Assembly: GCA_948933715.1 (NCBI GenBank) | Contig: CAQZPH010000001.1 | Coordinates: 10,204-74,203, forward strand | Length of the DNA: 64,000 nt | Reading direction: 5' to 3' | DNA from: an uncultured Eubacteriales bacterium | GTDB taxonomy: Bacteria; Bacillota; Clostridia; Oscillospirales; Acutalibacteraceae | Shown: positions 1-8,031 of the stretch, one piece after another | How positions within the stretch are numbered: position 1 is the first letter of the stretch | Layout of the letters: every line of letters starts with the position of its first letter | Notes under the pieces: model-generated | The model's database searches: none | What the model was told of the DNA's origin: nothing | What the model saw: only the letters and a program-made list of their open reading frames with translations | Made by a program: the position numbers and the translations under genes

Positions 1-111
<111 letters not shown>

Positions 112-326
112 TTATTTCCTCCTTTAACGCGAACCAACTATGTTAAAATCTACAATCAAATCATCCTGTTATTTTTAGATTTTATCACTTTTATCGTGTT
201 TTGTAAAGATAAATCAACAGGTAAGTTATGTATATTAATAATTTTAGTCTATATTTAACATAATATATAAATTATATACAGATAATAAGATTAAATTATA
301 TATCACTTGATAACGAAGGTGTAAGA

Positions 327-1715
327 ATGAATAGTATATTTGCTCAAAATAAAGTTCTTTTCTATTATCTATATGAAAATAACTTTTCTGGTATTATGAA
401 TAATGAATTTTTACAAATTATAATAATATTTATTTTAATTTTAACAAATGCCTTTTTTGCTATGTCTGAAATTGCTATTATAACTCTTAATGACAATAAA
501 ATAAAAAAATTAGCAGAAAAAGGCCATAAGGGTGCTGAAAAAATTCTAAAAGTAACTAAAAACTCAAGTAATTTTCTTGCTACAATACAAGTGGGAGTGA
601 CCTTATCTGGATTTCTAACGTCAGCTTCAGCATCCACAATATTTGCAAGAAAATTAGCAGCATATCTTTCCTTTTTACCTTTTTCACAAAGTGTCCTTGA
701 AGGTTTTGCTACAGTAGTAATAACATTAATATTATCATATTTTTCACTTGTCCTTGGAGAACTCGTTCCTAAAAAAATCGCAATGCAAAACGCAGAGAAA
801 ATATCCTTTAAAATAGTAGGCATTATATCTGCTATACAAAAAGCCTTTAGTCCTTTTATAAAACTTTTATCTGCATCCACTAACTTTATAGTTAAAATAA
901 TGGGAATTAATCCTGATAACAATATTGAAACTGTAACGGAAGAAGAAATATTAATGTTAGTGGATGCGGGTGAAGAAAAGGGTGTCATAGAAGACGGGGT
1001 TAAAAATATGATAGAAAATATTTTTAACTTTGATGATAAAACTGCCACAGAAATCATGACACACCGCACTGAAATAATAGCAATAAAGGACGATCAATGC
1101 GTTCTTGCTGCTATAAGTTTAGCAATTTCATCTGGTTGCTCACGAATACCAGTATACCATGAGGACGTTGATAATATCATTGGTATTATATATATAAAAG
1201 ATTTGCTCGGATATATATTAACAGACAAAGACCTTAATAAAATATCACTTAGAGATATAATGCGCTCTCCTCTTTACATTCCCGAAACAAAACGGTGCAG
1301 CGAACTATTTAAAGAACTAATCAATAAAAAAACTCAAATAGCTATAATAGTGGATGAGTACGGAGGAACAGAAGGTCTTATTACTATTGAAGACCTTATA
1401 GAATCAATCCTAGGTAACATTCAGGACGAATATGACGATGAAAACAATGAAATAACTCAAATAACTGAAAATAAATTCACTGTTGATGGTACAACCTCGA
1501 TAGACGAAATATCCAGCTTAATTGGGTTTAACTTACCTAAAGGTGATTATGACACTATAGCAGGGTTAATTTTTGAAAAGATTGGACGTATTCCCCTTAA
1601 TAATGAGCATCCATCTATAATTATTAATGATACTAAGTTTACTATTGAAGAAATTGTTGAAAGACGCATATCAAAAGTTTCAATTGTTCGTAATGTTGAG
1701 CCTGATAAAAATTAA
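327..1715 (+). CDS. CNNM/HlyC-CorC family transporter (DUF21 membrane domain, CBS pair, CorC_HlyC C-terminal domain)
   Basis: 462-aa ORF with an N-terminal multi-TM region and the SEIA motif. A central CBS-pair region (MTHRTEI...IPVY...IIGIIYIKDL) is followed by VDEYGGTEGLITIEDLIE and a transporter-associated C-terminal domain. The RBS is GAAGGTG. Confidence 0.85.
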   Translation: MNSIFAQNKVLFYYLYENNFSGIMNNEFLQIIIIFILILTNAFFAMSEIAIITLNDNKIKKLAEKGHKGAEKILKVTKNSSNFLATIQVGVTLSGFLTSASASTIFARKLAAYLSFLPFSQSVLEGFATVVITLILSYFSLVLGELVPKKIAMQNAEKISFKIVGIISAIQKAFSPFIKLLSASTNFIVKIMGINPDNNIETVTEEEILMLVDAGEEKGVIEDGVKNMIENIFNFDDKTATEIMTHRTEIIAIKDDQCVLAAISLAISSGCSRIPVYHEDVDNIIGIIYIKDLLGYILTDKDLNKISLRDIMRSPLYIPETKRCSELFKELINKKTQIAIIVDEYGGTEGLITIEDLIESILGNIQDEYDDENNEITQITENKFTVDGTTSIDEISSLIGFNLPKGDYDTIAGLIFEKIGRIPLNNEHPSIIINDTKFTIEEIVERRISKVSIVRNVEPDKN

Positions 1716-1728
1716 GTAAATAAAAGCA

Positions 1729-1757
1729 TTGAACTGCACTTTTCGTTCTGATATAAT
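1729..1757 (+). promoter_or_regulatory. sigma-A type promoter upstream of asnB
   Basis: TTGAAC (1729-1734), a 17-nt spacer, then TATAAT (1752-1757), about 35 nt upstream of the asnB ATG. Confidence 0.55.
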
Positions 1758-1792
1758 ATTCTTATAAAAAAAGAAAAAACAGAGGTATAAAA

Positions 1793-3622
1793 ATGTGTGG
1801 GATTTGCGGATTCACTGGAGAAATAACAGACAAGGAAACTGTAATAAAAAACATGGCTGACGTTATCACTCATAGAGGTCCTGATAGCGAAGGCTTTTTT
1901 TGCTGCGAGGATATATCTATGGGCTTTCGACGACTCAGTATTATAGATTTAGAGCAAGGCAGCCAACCAATATATAATGAAGATAAAACCCTTGTATTAA
2001 CTTTTAACGGTGAGATATATAACTATAAAGACTTAAAAAATGAACTATTAGCTGCAGGACATGAATTCTATACTGATACTGACTCTGAAGTGCTTGTTCA
2101 TGGATTTGAACAATGGCAAGAAAAGCTTCTTTATAAAATTCGTGGAATGTTTAGTTTTGCAATATTTAATACAACTGATAAATCATTATTTATGGCAAGA
2201 GATTTTTTCGGAATAAAACCTCTTCATTATACTCTTGCAGATAACCATTTAGTTTATGGTTCAGAAATTAAAAGTATTTTAAAGTTTCCTAAAGTTAAAA
2301 AGAAGTTTAACGAAAATGCTCTTGATAGGTACCTTTCTTTTCAATATTCTGTTCCGCCGGAAACTTTTTTTAAAAATATATATTGCCTTCTTCCTGGCCA
2401 TTACCTCTGGTATAAAGACGGTAAAATAGAAACTACCCGTTACTTTGAGCCAACATTTACTCCTGACGAAAACCTTACTCTTGATGAAGCTATAGAAAAA
2501 ATTGAAAACGCTTTTGAAGACTCTGTAAATGCTCATAAAATCAGCGATGTTGAAGTGGGATGCTTTTTATCAAGCGGAGTCGACTCTAGTTATGTTTCAA
2601 CATATTTTTCTGGGCAAAAAGCTTTTACTGTTGGCTTTGGTTCTGATGAAAAATATAATGAAATAAGTTTTGCTAAAGAACTTGCAAAAGAAGTTGGCCT
2701 TGATCATCATAGTAAAGTCATTTCACCCGAAGAATTTTGGGACAATATCGAGCACGTTCAATATATAATGGATCAACCCTTAGCTGACCCTTCATGCATT
2801 GCTTTGTTTTTTGTATCAAAACTTGCAAGTGAATATGTAAAAGTTGTTTTATCTGGCGAAGGCGCCGATGAACTGTTTGGTGGATATAATATTTATCATG
2901 AACCACTATCTCTTTGCAAATATCAAAAGCTACCGCGATTTTTAAGAAAAGGTCTTGCTAATCTTGTTAGTTCTATACCGTTTAACTTTAAAAGTAAAAA
3001 CTTCATTATAAGAGGCTCAAAAGATCTACCCCAAAGATTTATTGGTAATGCTTTTATGTTTTCTCTGGCCGACAAGAAAAAACTTCTTAAAAACAAAAAT
3101 CTTGCTACTGCTCCCCAAGAGTTTTGTAAAAAGTTTTACGACAAAACCCAATCTTATGATGATATCACCCGTATGCAATACCTTGACATAAACCTATGGA
3201 TGGTAGGTGATATCCTACTCAAAGCAGACAGAATGAGCATGGCAAACTCTTTAGAACTCCGGGTTCCTTTTCTTGATAAAAAAGTATTTAATGTAGCTAA
3301 ATCTATTCCAAGTAAATTAAAAGTAAATAATAAAAACACTAAATATGCTATGCGCATGGCTGCATTAAAGCATTTGCCACAAAAAACTGCACAGAAGAAA
3401 AAACTTGGGTTTCCTGTTCCAACCCGAGTTTGGTTGCGCGAAGAAAAATATTATAATATCGTTAAAGAAATGTTTACTTCAGAAAATGCTAACAAATTTT
3501 TTAACACTGAGATTTTATTAAAATATCTTGATCGACATTACCACAGCAAAGAAGATAATAGCCGCAAAATCTGGACCGTTTATATTTTTCTTGTGTGGTA
3601 TAACATTTATTTTAATGATTAG
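1793..3622 (+). CDS. asnB: asparagine synthase (glutamine-hydrolysing)
   Basis: 609 aa. It has the MCGI N-terminal nucleophile Cys2, the RGPD motif and the SGGVDSS pyrophosphatase loop (as FLSSGVDSS), at the typical AsnB length. Confidence 0.9.
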   Translation: MCGICGFTGEITDKETVIKNMADVITHRGPDSEGFFCCEDISMGFRRLSIIDLEQGSQPIYNEDKTLVLTFNGEIYNYKDLKNELLAAGHEFYTDTDSEVLVHGFEQWQEKLLYKIRGMFSFAIFNTTDKSLFMARDFFGIKPLHYTLADNHLVYGSEIKSILKFPKVKKKFNENALDRYLSFQYSVPPETFFKNIYCLLPGHYLWYKDGKIETTRYFEPTFTPDENLTLDEAIEKIENAFEDSVNAHKISDVEVGCFLSSGVDSSYVSTYFSGQKAFTVGFGSDEKYNEISFAKELAKEVGLDHHSKVISPEEFWDNIEHVQYIMDQPLADPSCIALFFVSKLASEYVKVVLSGEGADELFGGYNIYHEPLSLCKYQKLPRFLRKGLANLVSSIPFNFKSKNFIIRGSKDLPQRFIGNAFMFSLADKKKLLKNKNLATAPQEFCKKFYDKTQSYDDITRMQYLDINLWMVGDILLKADRMSMANSLELRVPFLDKKVFNVAKSIPSKLKVNNKNTKYAMRMAALKHLPQKTAQKKKLGFPVPTRVWLREEKYYNIVKEMFTSENANKFFNTEILLKYLDRHYHSKEDNSRKIWTVYIFLVWYNIYFND

Positions 3623-3667
3623 TTGTAAATTGATTCACATCGTCATAAACATACCGTATAATGGATA

Positions 3668-3708
3668 AAGATGCTTTAGCTATTAAGTTATTGCATCTTA
3701 ATTTTTTT
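3668..3708 (+). terminator. hairpin plus T-run between asnB and glnA; either the asnB terminator or a glnA leader attenuator
   Basis: AAGATGC (3668-3674) pairs with GCATCTT (3693-3699). The stem can be extended imperfectly and is followed by TTTTTTT (3702-3708). Only about 25 nt remain before the glnA RBS. Confidence 0.5.
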
Positions 3709-3733
3709 AAATTAATTGATTGGAGTCCTTTTA

Positions 3734-5824
3734 ATGACCAATATTGCTGAAGAGTTTGGTAGCTTTGTTTTTAATGAAAGTGTTATGAAAGAACGACTTC
3801 CTAAAAATGTGTACTTAAAATTAAGACAAACAATATATGAGGGAACCCCTCTTGACATTGAAATAGGTGATGTAGTTGCCAATGCAATGAAAGACTGGGC
3901 CATTGAAAAAGGGGCCACTCATTTTACTCATTGGTTTCAGCCTATGATCGGTGTTACAGCAGAAAAACACGACAGTTTTATCTCTAAAAACGGTCATGGA
4001 AAAGTTATAATGGAGTTTTCCGGTAAAGAATTAATAAAAGGTGAACCTGATGCATCAAGTTTCCCATCTGGGGGGCTTCGTGCTACTTTTGAAGCTAGAG
4101 GATATACCGCTTGGGATCCAACATCATATGCATTCGTAAAAGATAATGCACTTTATATCCCCACAGCATTTTGCTCATATAGCGGAGAACTCCTTGATAA
4201 AAAAACTCCTCTTTTAAAATCTATGGAATTAATTAACATTCATGCACTTAGAATTCTAAGGTTATTTGGAAATTATTCTGTAAAAAGAGTTTTTCCAACA
4301 GTTGGTGCTGAACAAGAATATTTTCTAATAGACAAAGAAATCTCTGATAAACGCGAAGATTTAACCTTCTGTGGCAGAACCTTATTTGGAGCTAAACCTC
4401 CAAAAGGGCAAGACATGGAGGATCACTATTTTGGTTCTATAAAACCTCGTGTATCGGCGTATATGAAAGATCTCGATAGAGAACTTTGGAAACTTGGAGT
4501 TCTTGCTAAAACAAAACACAACGAAGTGGCTCCGGCTCAGCATGAATTAGCTCCTTTATTTACAACTGCAAACATCGCAACTGATAATAATCAGTTAACT
4601 ATGGAAATTATGAAAACTGTTGCCCAGCGCCACGGACTCTGTTGCCTTTTGCATGAAAAACCTTTCGAAGGTGTAAATGGAAGCGGAAAACACAACAATT
4701 GGTCATTATCTACTGATACGGGGGTTAACCTTCTTGAACCTGGTAACTCTCCTTTTGAGAATGCTCAATTTTTATTATTTCTTTGTGCTGTCTTAAAAGG
4801 TGTGGATGAATATCAAGATTTACTCCGTGCATCTGTAGCTTCTGCCGGGAATGATCAACGTTTAGGCTCAAGTGAGGCTCCTCCTGCTATTATTTCAATT
4901 TATCTTGGTAACGAGCTTACTGATATATTAAGCGCTATTGAAAATGGTATAAAATACGGTGGGAAAACCCAGGCAAATCTTGAAATCGGAGTACACACTT
5001 TACCTAAGTTTCAAAAGGATAACACCGATAGAAATAGAACTTCTCCATTTGCTTTTACAGGTAATAAATTTGAATTTAGAATGATTGGATCTAATTTATC
5101 AATCGCTTGCCCAAACATTATGTTAAATACAATTGTTGCTGAGGAATTATCACAATTTGCAGATACTTTAGAAAACTGTACTAATTTTAATGATACATTA
5201 AATAAGCTCATTGCTAAAACTATTAAAGAGCATAAGCGTATTATTTTCAACGGCAACAATTATTCACCTGAGTGGGTAAAAGAAGCTGAAAAACGTGGGC
5301 TTTACAATCTTAAGACATCTTCTGATGCTTTACCTCATTTAATTTCGCAGAAAAACCTAGATCTATTTAAAAAACATCATATTTATACTAACGCTGAAAT
5401 AAAATCGAGGCATGATATTCTTCTTCAAAATTACTGTCGCGTATTATATATTGAATCTAAGGTAATGCTTGATATGTCTAAAAAGCAAATTATTCCTGCT
5501 GTCACCAAGTACATTAAAAACCTCAGTGAAACTGCAATATCTAAAAAACAAATTTTTTCTAATATAGACTGTTCTCTTGAAACTAAACTTGTCACTTTGC
5601 TATCAAGGCTTTCCTCACAACTTTATGATAAGGTTATTTTACTAGAAGATACTATCTCTAAAATCCCTGATTATCCGGATCCGAGTGAACGTTCTATTTT
5701 CTATAGAGATAATATTATTCAAGTTATGAAAGAAATAAGAGATATTGCTGATAAAATAGAAGAAAACACCGATAAAGAAATCTGGCCTTACCCTACTTAC
5801 TCTGATATACTATATAGTGTTTAA
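3734..5824 (+). CDS. glnA: glutamine synthetase, type III
   Basis: About 696 aa from the ATG at 3734, with a GGAG RBS at 3722-3725. The track ORF begins 18 nt earlier at a non-ATG codon. Length and motifs (NGSGKHNNWS, HEVAPAQHE) fit GSIII. Confidence 0.88.
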   Translation: MTNIAEEFGSFVFNESVMKERLPKNVYLKLRQTIYEGTPLDIEIGDVVANAMKDWAIEKGATHFTHWFQPMIGVTAEKHDSFISKNGHGKVIMEFSGKELIKGEPDASSFPSGGLRATFEARGYTAWDPTSYAFVKDNALYIPTAFCSYSGELLDKKTPLLKSMELINIHALRILRLFGNYSVKRVFPTVGAEQEYFLIDKEISDKREDLTFCGRTLFGAKPPKGQDMEDHYFGSIKPRVSAYMKDLDRELWKLGVLAKTKHNEVAPAQHELAPLFTTANIATDNNQLTMEIMKTVAQRHGLCCLLHEKPFEGVNGSGKHNNWSLSTDTGVNLLEPGNSPFENAQFLLFLCAVLKGVDEYQDLLRASVASAGNDQRLGSSEAPPAIISIYLGNELTDILSAIENGIKYGGKTQANLEIGVHTLPKFQKDNTDRNRTSPFAFTGNKFEFRMIGSNLSIACPNIMLNTIVAEELSQFADTLENCTNFNDTLNKLIAKTIKEHKRIIFNGNNYSPEWVKEAEKRGLYNLKTSSDALPHLISQKNLDLFKKHHIYTNAEIKSRHDILLQNYCRVLYIESKVMLDMSKKQIIPAVTKYIKNLSETAISKKQIFSNIDCSLETKLVTLLSRLSSQLYDKVILLEDTISKIPDYPDPSERSIFYRDNIIQVMKEIRDIADKIEENTDKEIWPYPTYSDILYSV

Positions 5825-5834
5825 ACATTTTTTA

Positions 5835-5863
5835 TTGACACGACTCATTAAATATATTAAAAT
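5835..5863 (+). promoter_or_regulatory. sigma-A promoter of rnpB
   Basis: TTGACA (5835-5840), a 17-nt spacer, then TAAAAT (5858-5863), just upstream of the RNase P RNA 5' end. Confidence 0.6.
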
Positions 5864-5870
5864 ATACTTA

Positions 5871-6222
5871 ATGAGCAGACTGGACAGTTGCGGGCATCAA
5901 TTTCGAAAGAAAGTGTCTGAGGAAAGTCCGAGCTCCATAAGGCAGGATAACGGCTAACAGCCGCCGGGGGCGACCCTAGGGAAAGTGCAACAGAAATATA
6001 CCGCCTGGATTTTTCTAGGTAAGGATGGAAAGGCGAGGTAAGAGCTCACCAGCATATAGGAGACTATATGGCTCTGCAAACCCTATCCGGAGCAACACCG
6101 CAGAGGGATATAATACATCAGCCTGATGTTTCCCGAGAAGGTGGCACCGAGCTGCAATGGTAACATTCAGCCAAGATAGATAACTGTTCTCGACAGAACT
6201 CGGCTTATAGGTCTGGTCATAA
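5871..6222 (+). ncRNA. rnpB: RNase P RNA, bacterial class A
   Basis: The universally conserved P4 strands are present: GAGGAAAGTCCG (5919-5930) and ACAGAACTCGGCTTATAG (6193-6210). AGGTAAGGATGGAAAGGCGAGGTAAGAGC is a class-A-like P10-12 region. The 5' CAGAC and 3' GTCTG can form P1. Length is about 350 nt. The ends are approximate to about 5 nt. Confidence 0.9.
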
Positions 6223-6224
6223 AA

Positions 6225-6256
6225 AGCACACCGCCACCGGCGGTATGCTTTTTTAC
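6225..6256 (+). terminator. intrinsic terminator of rnpB
   Basis: GCACACCGCC pairs with GGCGGTATGC (one mismatch) around an ACC loop, followed by TTTTTT. Confidence 0.75.
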
Positions 6257-6279
6257 TTTTTAGAATATAATTTTGTTTC

Positions 6280-6308
6280 TTGACATAAACATTTTTTATG
6301 AATAAAAT
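6280..6308 (+). promoter_or_regulatory. sigma-A promoter for the secreted-protein gene
   Basis: TTGACA (6280-6285), a 17-nt spacer, then TAAAAT (6303-6308). An AAGGAG RBS precedes the ATG at 6342. Confidence 0.55.
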
Positions 6309-6341
6309 ATAATTACCAATATTTTTTAAGGAGTTTTAAGT

Positions 6342-7136
6342 ATGAAAAAATTATTACTAAGCGTTGTTTCTTTATTTGCTATAACATTTTCTTCCCCCAC
6401 AGCGTTTGCTCAGGGCAGTGCCACTTACGTATCTGACTCTACTCAGCTCATTTCTGCTATTGAAAGCGCAGAAGAAAACTCACTCATCATATTAAATAAC
6501 GATATCACTTTAGATCAAAAACTTACCCTTAATAAATCAATTTCTTTAGACTTAAACAAACACAAAATAACTATACCCGAAAATTACTTTATAGAGTGTG
6601 GAAAAAAAGAACTATTAACTCCTGACTCTAAAGAGTACAAATATTATAATGACATTGAGGTCACTATAAAAAATGGTGACATAAAAAAAGCTAAAGGAAA
6701 AAATGGACTAGATATTTTAAACAGTGATAACGTAATGGCTACAAAACCCACTGACGTAAATAACGGCCATGCATCTAGCCCTAATTTTTCCATAATGGCA
6801 ACTAGTGGAATATTAAATTTAAACCATATAACTATATACGGCGGAGACGGTGGCAACGGCGGCAATGGTACTTATGTTAAAGATATCCATTTCTTATTTA
6901 GTGGAAGCGGAAGCAATGGCGGCAATGGTGGCGACGGAGCTGATATCTTTCATACCGATATGGGCAACATTTATATAAGCGACTCAAGCCTTACTCCTGG
7001 AGTTGGTGGAAAAGGGGGTCATGGCGGTAATCCTAATCCAAATTATTGGATATGGTCTGGCTTAAAAGGCAGCGATGGCGATGACGGTAAAGATGGTTCT
7101 ATTATAGATGACCCTGCAAAACTTTACTATAGATAA
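6342..7136 (+). CDS. secreted hypothetical protein with a Gly/Asn/Asp-rich C-terminal repeat region
   Basis: The signal peptide is MKKLLLSVVSLFAITFSSPTAFA/QG. The N-terminal half resembles the cap of beta-helix-type surface proteins. The C-terminal half carries GGDGGNGGNG, GSNGGNGGDGAD, GGKGGHGGNPNP and GSDGDDGKDG. I do not recognise a family. Confidence 0.6.
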   Translation: MKKLLLSVVSLFAITFSSPTAFAQGSATYVSDSTQLISAIESAEENSLIILNNDITLDQKLTLNKSISLDLNKHKITIPENYFIECGKKELLTPDSKEYKYYNDIEVTIKNGDIKKAKGKNGLDILNSDNVMATKPTDVNNGHASSPNFSIMATSGILNLNHITIYGGDGGNGGNGTYVKDIHFLFSGSGSNGGNGGDGADIFHTDMGNIYISDSSLTPGVGGKGGHGGNPNPNYWIWSGLKGSDGDDGKDGSIIDDPAKLYYR

Positions 7137-7149
7137 TTTATATAATATG

Positions 7150-8031
7150 TTATCGTTTCCACTCTTCTATGTTCTTAATTTCATTATACATTGATAAATA
7201 ACTACTATATCGTGAGGGATTTATTTTTCCCTCCTCTATAGCTTTAATAATAAAGCAGCCTTTTTCTCCAATGTGATTGCAAGAATTAAATTTACATTCA
7301 CCTAAGAATGGTCTGAATTCTTTAAGGCTATATTCTAAATCTTCCCTAGTTATAATATTGAATTTTTGAAGGTCAATATTTGAAAAACCCGGTGTATCAG
7401 CAACAAACCCATTTTCTATTGGATACAATTCCACATGCCTTGTAGTATGTTTACCGCGTTTTAATTTCTGGCTTATTAAACCGGTCTCAAGTGTTAATCT
7501 TTTATCTATAAAATTTAAAAGTGTGGATTTTCCAACCCCGGAATTTCCCGTAAAAACTGTTACTTTTGATGGTAACAGTTTTTTTATTGCTTCATGGGAA
7601 TTTTTATCATCTTTTGATGTTACTATAGTCTTTATCTCTGCTGACTTATATATCTTTAGTAATTCAGATGGATCTTCTAAATCAACTTTAGATATTACAA
7701 GAATAGGTTCTATATTATTAAAGCAAGCAATAGATATCAGTTTATCGATAAAAACTGTATTAAAAACAGGATTTGCTATCGAAGACACAATAATTAATTG
7801 ATCAACATTAGAAATTGGAGGTCTTATAAGATAATTTTTTCTCTGTTTTATTTTTTCTATGATAGCCTGGGTAGCACTTATTGGCGATATTTCTACAATA
7901 TCGCCAACAAATGGTTTTAAACTATCTTTTCTAAAAATCCCTCTTGCTTTACATTCAAATACTTCACTATCAGTCTTTACGTAATAAAATCCACCGACTC
8001 CTTTTAATATTATTCCTTTTTTATTAACCAT
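7150..8031 (-). CDS. rsgA: ribosome small subunit-dependent GTPase A
   Basis: 293 aa with a circularly permuted GTPase: G4 (SKVDL) comes before G1 (GNSGVGKST). The C-terminal zinc-finger cysteines (CKFNSCNHIGEKGC) are present. It has the conserved position after prkC. Confidence 0.92.
   Translation of the reverse strand: MVNKKGIILKGVGGFYYVKTDSEVFECKARGIFRKDSLKPFVGDIVEISPISATQAIIEKIKQRKNYLIRPPISNVDQLIIVSSIANPVFNTVFIDKLISIACFNNIEPILVISKVDLEDPSELLKIYKSAEIKTIVTSKDDKNSHEAIKKLLPSKVTVFTGNSGVGKSTLLNFIDKRLTLETGLISQKLKRGKHTTRHVELYPIENGFVADTPGFSNIDLQKFNIITREDLEYSLKEFRPFLGECKFNSCNHIGEKGCFIIKAIEEGKINPSRYSSYLSMYNEIKNIEEWKR

Noticed and set aside
365-1069. 234-aa ORF on the minus strand, fully inside the CNNM transporter gene
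   Set aside because: It is antisense to a gene with clear family motifs. It has no RBS and a low-complexity Ile/Ser/Phe-rich translation. This is a typical shadow ORF opposite a membrane-protein gene.
6255-6282. Sequence ACTTTTTAGAATATAATTTTGTTTCT, resembling the left arm and centre of the Firmicutes dif site (ACTTCCTAGAATATATATTATGTAAACT)
   Set aside because: Only the left arm and part of the spacer match. The highly conserved XerD arm (TTATGTAAACT) is absent. It is most likely a chance AT-rich similarity overlapping the rnpB terminator tail and the neighbouring promoter.
6840-7100. Repeated GGCGGCAATGG/GGTGGCGACGG strings considered as a DNA tandem repeat, minisatellite or CRISPR-like array
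   Set aside because: The repeats are short, irregular, in-frame Gly/Asn/Asp codon reiterations inside a CDS. There are no spacer-repeat periodicity and no direct repeats of 20 nt or more.
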